Origin: Mobula hypostoma
Lineage: Eukaryota
Length of the DNA stretch: 64,000 nt
Assembly: GCF_963921235.1 (NCBI RefSeq)
Contig: NC_086097.1
Location: forward strand, 30,816,001-30,880,000
Direction: 5' to 3'
A model generated the notes under the pieces. The model was not told the DNA's origin. It did not search any database and saw only the letters and a program-made list of their open reading frames with translations. This document shows positions 36,305 to 48,204 of this stretch, in pieces. The first letter of the stretch is position 1; every line of letters starts with the position of its first letter. A program made the translations under genes and the position numbers.

Positions 36305-39300
36305 AAGAACATAGACCAGTACAGCCCAGGAAAAGGCCCTTTGGTCTACAATGTTGTGCCAAACCAATTAAATTAGTAATCAATTGGCTAACTAAACCAA
36401 TTTCTCCTGCTTACACAATGTCCATAACATTACATTTTACTCATGTTCATGTGCCTATCTGAATGTCTCTTAGATGTCTATTAATGTTTCTGTCTCTATC
36501 ACCAACCCAGGAGGTGACTCCAGGCACTATCCACTCTGTGTATAAAAATTTGCCCCTCACATCTCCTTTGAAATTTCTCTCTGTCACCTTAAATGCATAC
36601 CCTCTGGTATTAAACATTTCAACCCTTGGAAAAAGATATTGTCTGTCTATTCTATGTATGTCTCTCATAGTCTTATAAATCTATCAGATCTCACCTCAGC
36701 CTCTGCCACTCCAGAGAAAACAACCCAAATTTTTCCAAGCTCTTGTTACAGCACATGCCTTTTAATCCAGGCAACATCCTGGCAAACCACTTCTGCACCC
36801 TCTCCAAAGCCTCGACATCCTTCCTATAATGGAGCTGACCAGAACTGAATGCAATACTCCAGATGCGGCCTAATTATAGTTTTATAAAGCGGTAACATAA
36901 CTTTCTGACTTTTGACCTCAACGCCTCGACTAATAGAAGAAAGCATGCCATATGCCTTAACTACCCTACCAACCTGCATAGCCACTTTCAGGGAAGGATG
37001 AACTTGGACCCCAAGTTCATCAACACTGTCAAGAATCTTACCTTTAACAGTGTACTGTCTCTTTCCATTTGTCCTACCAAGGTGCAACACTTTACATTTG
37101 GCCAGTTTAAACACCATCTGCCATTTCTCTGCTCATATCTGCAACTAATCTATATCACATTAGATTAGATTAGATTATGAGGACACGCAGTCCTCTTTTA
37201 TTGTCATTTAGTAATGCATGCATTAAGAAATGATACAATTTGTTCCTCCAGAATGATATCACAGAAACACAAGACAAACCAAGACTAAAAAAACTGACAA
37301 AAACCACATAATTATAACATATAGTTACAACAGTGCAAGCAATACCGTAATTTGATAGAAGAACAGACCATGGGCACGGTAAAAAGTCTCAAAGTCTCTC
37401 AAAAGTCCCATCATCTCACGCAGAGGGTTGAAGGAAGAAAACTCTTCCTGCCATGAGCTTCCAGCGCCGCAAACTTGCCGATGCAGCACCCTGGAAGCAC
37501 CTGACCACAGTCCGACCTCAAGTCCTTCCGAAAACTTCGAGCCTCCGACCAGCTCTCCGACACCGAGCACCATCTCTGCCGAGCACTTTGACCCCGGCCC
37601 CGGCAACAGGCAATAGGCAAAGCAGAAGATTTGGAGCCTTCCCCTTCCGAGATTCTCGATCACACAGTAGCAGCAGCAGCGAAGCAGGCATTTCAGAAGT
37701 TTCTCCAGATGTTCCTCCGTGCTTCTCACGGCTGTCTCCATCAAATCAGGATTGTGCACGGCATCCTAGTTCACAAATACAATATCAATTCGGAGCAGTC
37801 ACGCGTGCTGCGTCGCGACGCCGTCTTCTCCTCCCCCTTGGATAGCTGGAGTTGGAGAATTCTGCACTGCACGTTGTATTCTTTGCCAGTTTTCTACGTT
37901 ATCTACAACACCACCAATCTTCGTATCACCTGCAAACTTACTAACCCACCCTTCTACTTTTTCATCCAGGTCATTGATATACATCACAAACAGCAGAGGT
38001 CCAAGTACCAATCCCTGAGGATCACCACGAAGGACAGCCCTCCCGACCTCTACTGCCCTCCGTCTTCTATGGGCAAGCCAGTTTCAAATCTAAACTGCAA
38101 TTCAGCATGGATCCCACGCATCTTAATCTTCTGGATGAGTCTCCCATGAGGGACCTTGTCAAATTCTAACTAAAACCCACGTAGGCAACATCCACAGCTC
38201 TACATTCATCAAACACCCCCATCACCTCATCAAAAACTCAAATTAATAAGACACAACTTGCCCTGCACAAGGCCATGATGGCTCTGCCTAATTAGTCCAT
38301 AGTTTTCCAAATGTTCATAAATCTTAACCCTATGAATTTTCTCCAGTAATTTCCATACCATTGACATGAGACTCACTAGTCTATAGTTTCCAGGGTTACC
38401 CCTGGTTTCCTTCTTGAATAATGGAACAACATTAGCTACTCGCCAGTCCTCTGGGACTCGCCTATGGCTAGAGAGGATGTAAAGATATTGCTCAGGGCCC
38501 CGGCAATCCCTTCTCTTGCTTCTCTCAATAACCTGGGGTTTATGCCCATCAAGTCCAGGGGACTTGTTCATCTCAATGCCCTTTAAGAGCCCCAACATTA
38601 CCCCCTCCTTTACCTCGAAATGTCCTAGTGTATCAATCCACTCAGCAATGATCTCCCTGTTCTGCATGTACTTCATCTTGGAAAATAATGATGTAAAGTA
38701 CTCTTTAAGGAACTCACCCACATTCTCCACATCCAAGCAATTGGTTCCCCTTTATACTTAAGTGGTCCGACCTACTTCCTAGTTATCCTCTTACTTTTGA
38801 TGCATGTATAGAATATCTTGGGATTGTCTTTAACCCTACTTGCCAAGGACTTTTCATGGCCCCTCCTGGCTTTCCTAATTCCCTTCTTGAGTTCTTTTAT
38901 GGTTTCTTTATAATCCTACAGGGCTCTGTTTGATCCAAGCTTCCTAAGTTTTATATACTTCTCCTTTTTCTTCTTGACTAAATTCATTACCTCTCTTGAC
39001 ATCGAAAGTTCTCTTACCTTGCTATCCTTATCCTTTCTTCTTACTGGAACACACCTGTTCTGTAGTCTGTGTAGTTAGTCTTTAAGCACGCTCTACATGT
39101 CGAACGGGGACCTGCCCAAAAACAACTGTTCTCAATTAACTCTCCCTAGTTCCAGCCCAATGTTCTCGTAATTTGCCGTTCCAATTTAATACTGACCCAC
39201 AAGGTCCATACTTATCCTTATCTATAGCTATCTTAAAATTTACGGAGTTGTGGTCACTGTTAACCCACTAAAAGGTTGGTCACCTAGCCAGGCTTATTAC

Positions 39301-39420
39301 CCAACACCTGGTCCAGTACAGCCCTCCTCTTGTTGGATATGGATTCAAGAAACCCTCCAAGATGTACTTTCCAAATTCTGCCCCATCTAAAACTCTTGCA
39401 CTCTACAGACATGTCTTGAC
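36305..39420 (-). mobile_element. Long CR1 LINE fragment (ORF2 endonuclease end, RT and 3' UTR), split by 37161-37837
   Basis: KSPGLDG, PEDWRVANVVPLFKK..GNPGNYRLVSL, VLGPLLFVMYINDLD..VSKFAGDTKIGG, KCKVLHLG and LYKTIIRPHLEYCIQFWS. Confidence 0.93.
37161..37837 (-). mobile_element. ~680-bp non-coding retroelement, copy 1
   Basis: Closely similar to 43856-44538. It has an (ATCTA)n tail and the head GGGGGAGGAGAAGACGGCG, and is CpG-rich. Confidence 0.85.
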
Positions 39421-40494
39421 AGGCCCCCAGCTGCTCCTTAAACCTGGTGCATAAAGTCCACAAGGAACTGTCTCCAACACATTCTGCGATCTTCTGCTCC
39501 ACTGCTTGGAAACAGGCCCTTCAACTTAACTGGTCCATGCTAATCACGATGAACATACAAGTTATTTCTATTTGGAACTGTAATTGGTTTAATATTGTGA
39601 AAAGCTTGTCTTGCATACTATTCATGCTAATCATGTGTACTGAGATGGTACAAGATAAAGCAACAGCAGTGCAGAATACAGTGTAACATCTACAGGGAAA
39701 GCGCAATGCAGGTCACCAATAAGGTACAAGGCCATGAGATTTTTAAAAACATTGTGTTCTTGTAGACGGACAATTTAGATTTAAGAGTAGAACAATTTTA
39801 ATGGAAGTAATGGGTGGATCTTCAGACAGCAACTTGCAACGTTTGGCAAATAACCTAAACGTTTCCAATCCAAGTACCTGTCCAATTGTCTTTTAAGAGT
39901 TGTTACTATACCTGCCTCAATCACTTCCTCACTCAGCTCATCCCACATACCATTCCACATGTCAAAAGTGGTCCTAAAAAGTTCCTAATACATCTTTTTT
40001 TCTCTGAAAATATTCAGTACATTTGCCCGATCTATGCCCCTCATAATTTTATCCTTGAGGGCTTTAGCATTTTCTGAACCGTATTTCATGCACTAAAGAT
40101 GAATTCTTGATCTCCCAATTTACCTCATCGTGGCCCTTTGCACTTTGTCTATCTGCACTGCACTTTCACTGTAGCTCCTGCACTATATTCTGCATCTTGT
40201 TTTCTTTTTACAACCTCAATGTACTTGTGTAAGGCATAATCTGTCTAGATGGCATGCAAACAAAAGCATTTCACTGAACATCAGTATACATGACAATAAT
40301 AAGCCATTGCTACCAATAATCCACAGCCTTATTATTAACATTTTATGCACAGCCAACTGTCTCATCCGCAGCTAATCTTCACATCAACCGTAGCCTCATC
40401 TATCACAGATATTCACTCTGTCCTATCCACCCCTTCTACCACCTTCTTCGTAACTCAAATTAACCTTTTTTAAATCTCCTTCCGAGTTCTGAAT

Positions 40495-41270
40495 CAAATG
40501 CAATGTTAGCATGAATTTCAAGAGGAGCAGAATATAAAAGCAAGGATGTAATGCTGAAGCTTTATAAGACATTGATCACACTACACTTTGGAGTATTGTG
40601 AGCAGTTTTGGACCCCTTTTCTAAGAAAGGATGTGCTGGCATTGGAGAGAGTCCAGAGGAAATTCACAAGAATGATCCCGGGAATGAAAAGGTTAATCTG
40701 TGAGGAACATTTGATGGCCCTGGCTCTGTAATTGCTGGAGTTTAGAAGAACAAAGGGGGGTCTCTTTGAAACCTATCAAATATTGAAACGTCTGGATAAA
40801 ATGGATGTGGGAAGGATGGTAGACTTCTGATTAGTCAGGGCATCAAAGGTTACGAGGAGAGGGCAGCAGAATGGAATTGGAGGGATAATAAATCAGCCAC
40901 GATGGAATGGTGAGGCAGACTTGACGGTCTGAATGGCCTAATTCTGCATATTATGTCTTATGGTCTCATAGAGGCCAATGTGCCCAAAGCTCTCTTAATG
41001 ACCCTATCTACCTGTGATGACAATTTCAAGGAATTATGGATCTGAATTCCCACACGACTCTGTTCTACTGCACTCCTCAGCAACATACCACTCACCATGT
41101 AAATCCTACCTTCTTTCGTCCTCCCAGAAGTGCAACATCTCACATTTGTCTGCATTAAACTTTATCTGTCATTTTTCAGCCCATTTTTTCAGCTGATGCA
41201 TTTTTTCCTGCTGCATGCTTTGACAGCCTTCCTCAATGTCCACCACATCCCAATCTTGGTCTCATCTGCA
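40495..41270. mobile_element. Two CR1 fragments in opposite orientation (+ ~40495-40960; - ~40968-41270)
   Basis: YKSKDVMLKLYKTLI and RKDVLALERVQRKFTRMIPG on +. HNSLKLSSQVDRVIKRALGTLA on -. Confidence 0.85.
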
Positions 41271-41721
41271 AGGTGGGAAATGTGCAATTACACAGGACAG
41301 AACTTCAAAGTGCACATGGAGTAACGCTATTGCGGGAGACAATGGACCAGAGAGGAGGCTGTAGGAACTGGGGAAGAGTAGGATTAGAATAAGTGAAACA
41401 TAAACAGAAGGAAGTGAGAGGAGCATGGTTCTGGATCCATTGGAATTATAAAGTAGATATTGTACACTACAGTTTGTAGAGGGTCAGCGAAAGTGGATAT
41501 TAAAAGGACATTGTGTATGGGGCTGGGGGAGGGGGTAGGATTCAGATTTTGGGATATGAAAGAGTACAGGGAGAAAGATGAGAGTAGAATTAGAATTAGA
41601 ATATGTGGATATGAATGGTATGGGGATTAAGGAAACGTGGAATTAATTGGGTGGGAATATTAAAGTGTAAGGCATAGGAGAGAGTGGGATTTTCAAGAGT
41701 ATAGTGAGTGAGGGGAAAATG

Positions 41722-42350
41722 AGATTAAACTGGATGAGATACTCAAGCATATGGGTGTAAATGGAGGATGGGATTAGACGGGGTGAGATACTCAAGGGTA
41801 TGGGTGTAAGTGGAGGGTGTGATTAGACAGGGTGGGATACTCAAGGGTATGGGTATAAATGGAGGGTGGGATTAGACAGGGTGGGATACTAAAGGGTATG
41901 GGTGTAAGTGGAGGGTGGGATTAGACAGGGTGGGATACTCAAGGATATGGATGTAAATGAAGGGTGGGATTAGACGGGGTGGGATACTAAAGGGTATGGG
42001 TGTAAGTGGAGGGTGGGATTAGACGGGGTGGGATACTCAAGGATATGGATGTAAATGGAGGGTGGAATTAGACAGGGTGGGATACTAATGGGTATGGGGT
42101 GGGATTAGACTGGATGGGATACTCAAGGATATGGGTGTAAATGGAGGGTGGGATTAGACGGGGTGGGATACTCAAGAATATGGGTGTAAATGGAGGGTGG
42201 GATTAGACGGGGTGGGATACTAATAGGTATGGGTGTAAATGGAGGGTGGGATTAGACAGAGTGGGATACTAATGGGTATGGGGGTGGGATTAGACTGGAT
42301 GGGATACTCAAGGATATGGGTGTAAATGGAGGGTGAGATACTCAAGTGTA
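41722..42350 (+). repeat. 49-bp G-rich minisatellite (GGGATTAGACRGGGTGGGATACTCAAGGGTATGGGTGTAAATGGAGGGT)
   Basis: About 13 units with a 49-bp period (e.g. gtgggatact at 41881 and 41930). A shorter variant unit occurs twice. Confidence 0.95.
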
Positions 42351-42359
42351 TGGATGTAG

Positions 42360-42712
42360 AGTTATAAAGCACTACAGCATAGTTACAGTCCATTTGGTCC
42401 ATCTAGTCCAGACCTGTTATTCTGCCTAGTCCCATCAACCTGCAGCTGGACCACTGATCTCCATACTCCTCCCATCCATGTACTTATCCAAACTTCCCTT
42501 AAATATTGAAATTGAACCCGCATCCATCACTTCCACTGGTAGTTCGTTCCACATCCTCACCACCCTCTGAGTGAAGAAGCTCCACTCATGTTCCCCTTAA
42601 ACATCTCAGCTTTCACCTTTAACCCATAACCTCTAGTTCTAGTCTCACTCAACCTCTGCCTACATTTACAAAAGCCTGCTTGCATTTACCCTATCTATAC
42701 CCCTCATAATTT
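42360..42712 (-). mobile_element. CR1 3' end inserted in the minisatellite
   Basis: Reverse complement of the CR1 end seen at 44540-44870. Minisatellite-like units resume at ~42715. Confidence 0.85.
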
Positions 42713-42854
42713 AGGGTAAACGGAAAATGTGATTAGACTGTGTGGGATACTCAAAGGTATAGGTGTCAATGGAGAGCAGAATAATCAAGAGTATGGGTGT
42801 AAGTGGTGAGGGGGATTAGAAGAGGAGGATATTAAAAGGAGAAGGGAGTGAGAA

Positions 42855-43110
42855 AAGCAGCAAACTGTAAGATCTCAGTGGGTTAGATAGCAACTGTGGG
42901 GGGCAGTTGGCACTTCGGACTGAGACCCTTCATCAGGACCAGAAAGAGGGGAGATAGCAAGTCTAAAAGAGTGGGTGGGGAAATGGGTAGAACAAGAGCT
43001 GGCCATTGATAGGTTGATCCAGGTGAGAGGGAAAAGAGGAGCAGGTGGGGGGAGTGGTTTGGGAAAGGTGTAAGAAGTTGGAAGATAATTATGGGTGACA
43101 AATGGCTGAA
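42855..43110 (-). mobile_element. Penelope-like end with mutated hammerhead
   Basis: Minus strand reads gtc-CTGATGA-agggtctcagtcc-GAAG-tgccaactg, with GAAA changed to GAAG. Confidence 0.75.
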
Positions 43111-43261
43111 AAGAGTAAGGAGAGCATGGATTTGGATCTGATGAGATGTTAAAGGATACTGGACATAAGGGGGTGTGGGATTAGGCTAAGTATGCTATTA
43201 AAAGGTGAGGGGAGTGAGAGTGGATGTGATTATTCATGGTGCATCACTGATCCTGGAGGGC

Positions 43262-44870
43262 TGTGAATAGTGGTATGTCGCAGAGATCAGTGCTGGGTCC
43301 TTTGTTGTTTGTCATCTATATCAACAATCTGGTTGATAATGTGATGAACTGGATTTGTGGATGGTACCAAGATTGGGGATCTAGTAGGAAGCGAGTAAGA
43401 CTATCATGGCTTACAGCAGGATCTGGACCAGTTGGGAAAATGGGCTGAAAAATAGCAAATGGAATTTAATATAGACAAGTCAAGTGTTGCACTTTGGTAG
43501 GATGAACCAGGGTAGGTCTTACATAATGAGCGATACGCACTGAGAGCCATTTCTCCTTGAAAGTGATGACACAGGTTGATAGGACCATAAAAAAAGCTCT
43601 TGGCACATTGGTCTTCATAAATCAAAGCATTCAGGATAAAGATGTATGTTATGTTGAAGTTGTATAAGACGTTGGTGAGGCCTAATCTGGAGTACTGTAT
43701 GTAGCTTTAGTCACCTACCTAGAGGAAAGATGTAAATAAGGTTAAAAGAGTACAGACAAAATTTATAAGGCAAGATTAAATAGGTTAGGGCTTTATTCCT
43801 TGGAATGTAGAAGATTGAGAGGAGATTTGATAGAGGTAAACAAAATTTATCAGTATAGATTAGATTAGATTAAGAGGACACTCAGTCCTCGCTTATTGTC
43901 ATTTAGAAATGCATGCATTAAAAAATGATACAATGTTCCTCCAGTATGATATCACAGAAACAAAAGACAGACCAAGACTAAAACTGATAAAAACCACATA
44001 ATTATAACATATAGTTACAATAGTGCAAAGCAATACCGTAATTTGATTTCCACAGACCATGGGCATGGTAAAAAAAAGTCTCAAAGTCCCAATAGCCCCA
44101 ACATCTCACAAAGACGGTAGAAGGAAGAAACTCTCCTTGTCATGATCTTCCAACGCTGCAAACTTGCCAATGCAGCATCCTGGAAGCACTCGACCACAGT
44201 CCAATTCCGAGTCCGTCCGAATACCTCCAGCCTCCGACCAGCCCTCCAACACCGAGCACTGAGCACCATCTCTGCCTAGCGCTTCGACCCCGGTCCCGGC
44301 CACCAAGCAACAGGCAAAGCCGAGGATTTGGGACCTTCCCCTCCTGAGATTTCGGATCACACAGTAGCAGCAGCAGCGAAGAAGGCATTTCAGAAGTTTC
44401 ACCAGATGTTCCTCCATGCTCTCACGTCCGTCTCCATCAAATCAGAATTGTGCACAGCCTCCTACTTGACAGATTACAGATATTCATCACAGGAGAGGCC
44501 GCATGCACTGCGTCGCGCCACCATCTTCTCCTCCTCCCAATAGGGTAAACGCAAGCAGGCTTTTTCCACTGAGGTTGGATAGGGCTACAACTAGAGGCCA
44601 CGTGTTAAGGGTGAAAGGTGAAAAGTTTAAGGGGAACATGAAGGGAAACTTCTTCACTCAGAGGGTTGTGAGAGTGTGGAATGAGCTGCCAGCACAAGTG
44701 ATACATGCGAGCTCGATCAGAGAAGTCTGGAGATCTATATACAGATGGTAGGGGCCTGGAGGGCTATAGTCCTGTTGCAGGTGAATGGAAGTAGGCAGTT
44801 TAAATGGCTTGGCACGGACTAGATGGTCTGAATGGGCTTTTGCCGTGTAGTACTTTTCTATGACTCTATA
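43262..44870 (+). mobile_element. CR1 RT and 3' end, split by 43856-44538
   Basis: SGMSQRSVLGPLLFVIYINNL, LYKTLVRPNLEYC and TTRGHVLRVKGEKFKGNMKGNFFTQRVVRVWNELP. Confidence 0.9.
43856..44538 (-). mobile_element. ~680-bp non-coding retroelement, copy 2
   Basis: Similar to 37161-37837 along its length. Head GGGAGGAGGAGAAGATGGTGG and an (ATCTA)n tail. Confidence 0.85.
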
Positions 44871-45385
44871 TGGCACCATATACTAGCCAGAGATTCATTT
44901 TCTTGCAGGCATTCACAGTAAACACAAGAAACACAATAGAATCGATGAAAGCTGCACCCAATAAGACAAACAACCAATGTGCAAACTGAAAAATAATAAT
45001 AAATAAATAAGCAACAAATATCGTGAACATGAGATGAAGAGTCCTTGTAAATGAGTCCATAGGTTGTGGAAACAGTTCAGTGATGGGGGGAGCGAAGTTA
45101 TCCCCTCTGGTTCAAGAACCTGATGGTTGAAGGGTAATAACCGTTCCTGAACCTGGTGGCTTGGGTCCTGACCTTCTTACTGAGGGCAGCAGCAATAAAA
45201 GAGCATGGATTGGATGGTGGGAGTCCTTGATGATGGATGCTACTTTACTGTGACAACACTCTGTGCAGATGTGCTCAGTGGTGCAGAGAGCTTTGTCTGT
45301 GATAAACTGGGCCATTTCCACTACTTTTTGTTGGCTTTTCCATTCAAGGGTTCAAGGACATCAAGACCTGGTATGGTGTTTCCAT

Positions 45386-45612
45386 CAACACATATAAAAG
45401 TTGCTGGTGAACGCAGCAGACCAGGCAGCACCTCTAGGAAGAGGTGCAGTCGACGTTTCAGGCCGAGACCCTTCGTTAGTCCTGACGAAGGGTCTCGGCC
45501 TGAAATGTCGACTGCACCTCTTCCTAGAGATGCTGCCTGGCCTGCTGCGTTCACCAGCAACTTTTATGTGTGTTGCTTGAATTTCCAGCATCTGCAGAAT
45601 TCCTGTTGTTTG
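45386..45612. mobile_element. Inverted pair of Penelope-like ends (~90-bp arms)
   Basis: 45387-45475 is nearly the reverse complement of ~45486-45574. ATGGTGTTTCCAT flanks both sides (45373-45385 and 45613-45625). Confidence 0.88.
45477..45514 (+). ncRNA. Minimal type I hammerhead ribozyme motif
   Basis: tagtc-CTGACGA-agggtctcggcct-GAAA-tg-TC-gactg, giving stem I UAGUC/GACUG, an intact core and a GUC triplet ending at 45509. Confidence 0.7.
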
Positions 45613-46373
45613 ATGGTGTTTCCATACCAGGCCATGATGCAACCAATCAATATACTCTCCACCAGAGATCTATAGAAGTTCGTCAAAGTTTTGGATGACA
45701 TGCCAAATATATGCAAACTTCTAAGGAAGTGGAGGCACTGCTGTGCTTTCTTTGTAATGGCACTTACATGCTGGACCCAGGACAGATCCTCTGAAATAAC
45801 ATAGAGGAAATTAAAGTTGCTGATCCTCTCCTCTTCTGATCCCCTGATGAGGACAGTTCATGAACCTCTGGTTTATTCCTGCTGAAGTCCTTCCTTGGTC
45901 TTGCTGACATTGAATGAGAGGTTGTTGTTGTGGCACCACTCAGCTGAACTTTCAACCTTTCTTCAATATGCTGACTCGTCGCCACCATTGATTTGACCAA
46001 TGACAGTGGTGTCATCAGTAAACTTAAATAGAGCATTGGAGCTGCGCCTCACAGTCATAAGTATAAAGCAAGTAGAGCAGGAAGCTAAGCACAGTCTTGT
46101 GGTGCACCTCTGCTGATGGAGATTGTGGAGGAGATGTTTTTGCCGATCGACATTGACTAGGATCCAGTACATTATCCTTCGCAACTTCCGCCACCTTCAA
46201 CAGGACCCCACTACTAAGCACAACTTTCCCTCTCCACCCCCTCTGCTTTCTGCAGGGATCGGTCCCTCCCCACGGATCTCCCACCTGCCATTTATCCCTG
46301 TAAGCGTAAGTGCTACACCTGTCCCTACACCTCCTCTCTCGCCACCATTCAGGGCCCCAAACAGTCCTTCCCG

Positions 46374-46700
46374 GTGAGGCAGCACTTCACTTATGAGTCT
46401 GTTGGGGTCATCTATTGCATCTGGTGCTCCCGGTGCGGCCTCCTCTACATCGATGAAACCCGGCGCAGATTGGGGGACTGCTTCGGCGAGTACCTCCGCT
46501 CCGTCCGCTTTAACAAGCAGGATTTCCCGGTTGCCACCCACTTCAACTCTGCTTCCCATCCCCATTCAGATATGTCCATACATGGCCTCCTCTACTGCCA
46601 TGATGAGGCTAAACTCAGGTTGGAGGAGCTACACCTCATATACCGTCTAGGTAGTCTCCAGCCCCTTGATATGAACATAGAATCCTTCAACTTCTGGTAA
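46374..46700 (+). pseudogene. GIY-YIG endonuclease domain of the Penelope-like element
   Basis: VIYCIWCSRCGLLYIDETRRRLGDCFGEY...PVATHFN...RLEELHLIYRLGSLQP. YIG is changed to YID, and the frame is shifted relative to the upstream RT piece. Confidence 0.88.
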
Positions 46701-46962
46701 TTCCCTCCCCCTCCCTTCCCCTATCCCTATTTCACTCTGCCCCCACCCCCAGCTGCCTATCACCTCCCTTATCACCTGCCTCCTTCTACTACCCATTGTG
46801 TTTTCCCCTATTCCTTCTTCACCTTTCCTGCCTACCACCTCCCTGCTTCCCCTCCCCCACCCCTTTATCTTTCCCCTTACTGGTTCTTCACCTGGAACCT
46901 ACCAGCTTTCTCCTTCCCACCTTCCCCCCACCTTCTTTATAGGGCCTCTGCCCCTTCCCTCT

Positions 46963-47002
46963 TCAGTCCTGATGAAGGGTTCCGGCCCGAAACGTTGACT
47001 GA
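46963..47002 (+). ncRNA. Minimal type I hammerhead ribozyme motif (best-preserved copy)
   Basis: tcagtc-CTGATGA-a-ggg-ttccgg-ccc-GAAA-cg-TT-gactga, giving a 6-bp stem I, stem II GGG/CCC, a palindromic AACGUU stem III and a GUU triplet ending at 46996. Confidence 0.8.
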
Positions 47003-47020
47003 TCGTTTCCATGGATTAAC

Positions 47021-48149
47021 TTTGTTGTTTTTAAGTGACTCCTGTGTAGCTTTGGCTTTATGCTTGGGGTCATTGTCTTGCTGGAAAACAAATCTTCTCC
47101 CAAGTCGCAGTTCTCTTGCAGACTGCATTAGGTTTTCCTCCAGGATTTCCCTGTATTTTGTTGTATTAATTTTAAGCATCCCCACTACGTGATGCAGCCA
47201 CTACCATGCTTCACAGTAGGGATGGTGTGGTTTTGATGAGGTGCAGTGTTTGACTTATGCCAAACATAGTATTTAGTCTGATGGCAAAAAGCTCAATTTT
47301 GGTGTCTTCAGACCATATCTTCCAGATGACTTCAGAATCTTCCACATGCCTTCTGGCAAGTACTAGCCGAGATTTCATGGAAGTTTTTTTTCAACAGAGG
47401 CTTTCTCTTTGCCAGTCTCCCATAAAGCTGAGACTGGCAACAGCTGTTGTATGTGCAGTCTCTCCCATCTCAGCCACTGGAGTTTGTGACTCTTCCAGAG
47501 TTGTCATAGGTCTCTTGGTGGCCTCCCTCACTAGTCCCCTTCTTGCACGGTCACTCAGTTTTTGAGAACGGCCTGCTCTAGGCAGATTTACAGCTGTGCC
47601 ATATTCTTTCCATTTCTTGATGACTGACCTAACTGTACTTCAAGGGATATTCAGTGACTTGGGAATTTTCTTGCATCCATCTTCTGACTTGGGCTTTTCC
47701 ATAACCTTTTCACAGAGTTGCCTGAAGTGTTCTTTTGTCTTCATGGTGTGGTTTTTGCCAGGACACTGATACATCAGCAGTTGGACCTTCCAGATACAGG
47801 CATATTTTTACTACAATCTATCGAAACACCTTGACTGCACACGGTTATCACCATTTAACTAATTTTGTAACTTCTAAAACCAATTGGCTGCACCTGTGAT
47901 GATTTAGTGTGTCTTATAAAAGGGGGTGAATACTTACGCAATCAATTATTTTGTGCTTTATATCTGCAATTAATTTAGATCACTTTGTAGAAATCTGTTT
48001 TCACTTTGACACAGAAAAATCTTTTTCTGTTGATCAATGTCCAATAACCCAAATTAAATCCACTGTGATTCAATTTTGTAAAACAACAAAATATGAAAAC
48101 TTCTGGGCCGGGGGGGGGTGGGGTCAGTGAATACTTTTTATAGGCATTG
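47021..48149 (-). mobile_element. Tc1/mariner transposon (Tc1 type, IR/DR ends), 3'-truncated and inactive
   Basis: ATG at 47744 reads MKTKEHFRQL...NLPRAGRSQKLSDRARR, and the DDE region reads [14 protein letters not shown]. The TIR ends taggcattg at 48149 followed by TA, and gtgaatactt is repeated internally near 47925. Confidence 0.92.
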
Positions 48150-48204
48150 TATACTGTGTGGGGTAATAAAAGGTATAGGGAATGAAGAGAGGGGAATTTT
48201 ACTG

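Larger units (their letters stand above)
44872..46160 (-). mobile_element. Rex1/Babar LINE RT and 3' end, with a Penelope-like insertion at 45386-45612
   Basis: LFKFTDDTTVIGQINGGDESAY and KVASIIKDSHHPIHAL. Parallels 13563-14542. Confidence 0.88.
46161..47020 (+). mobile_element. Penelope-like retroelement 3' part (RT end, GIY-YIG endonuclease, hammerhead-bearing end)
   Basis: IQYIILRNFRHLQQDPTTKH, then the GIY-YIG ORF, a C/T-rich tract and a hammerhead. Confidence 0.92.

Noticed and set aside
37325..38149. Several overlapping 130-170-aa ORFs, also at 44081-44543
   Set aside because: They arise from a GC-rich repeat, the frames differ between the two copies, and no domain is recognisable.
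41722..42350. Regularly spaced repeats suggesting a CRISPR array
   Set aside because: The whole unit repeats with no unique spacers, there are no cas genes, and the context is eukaryotic.
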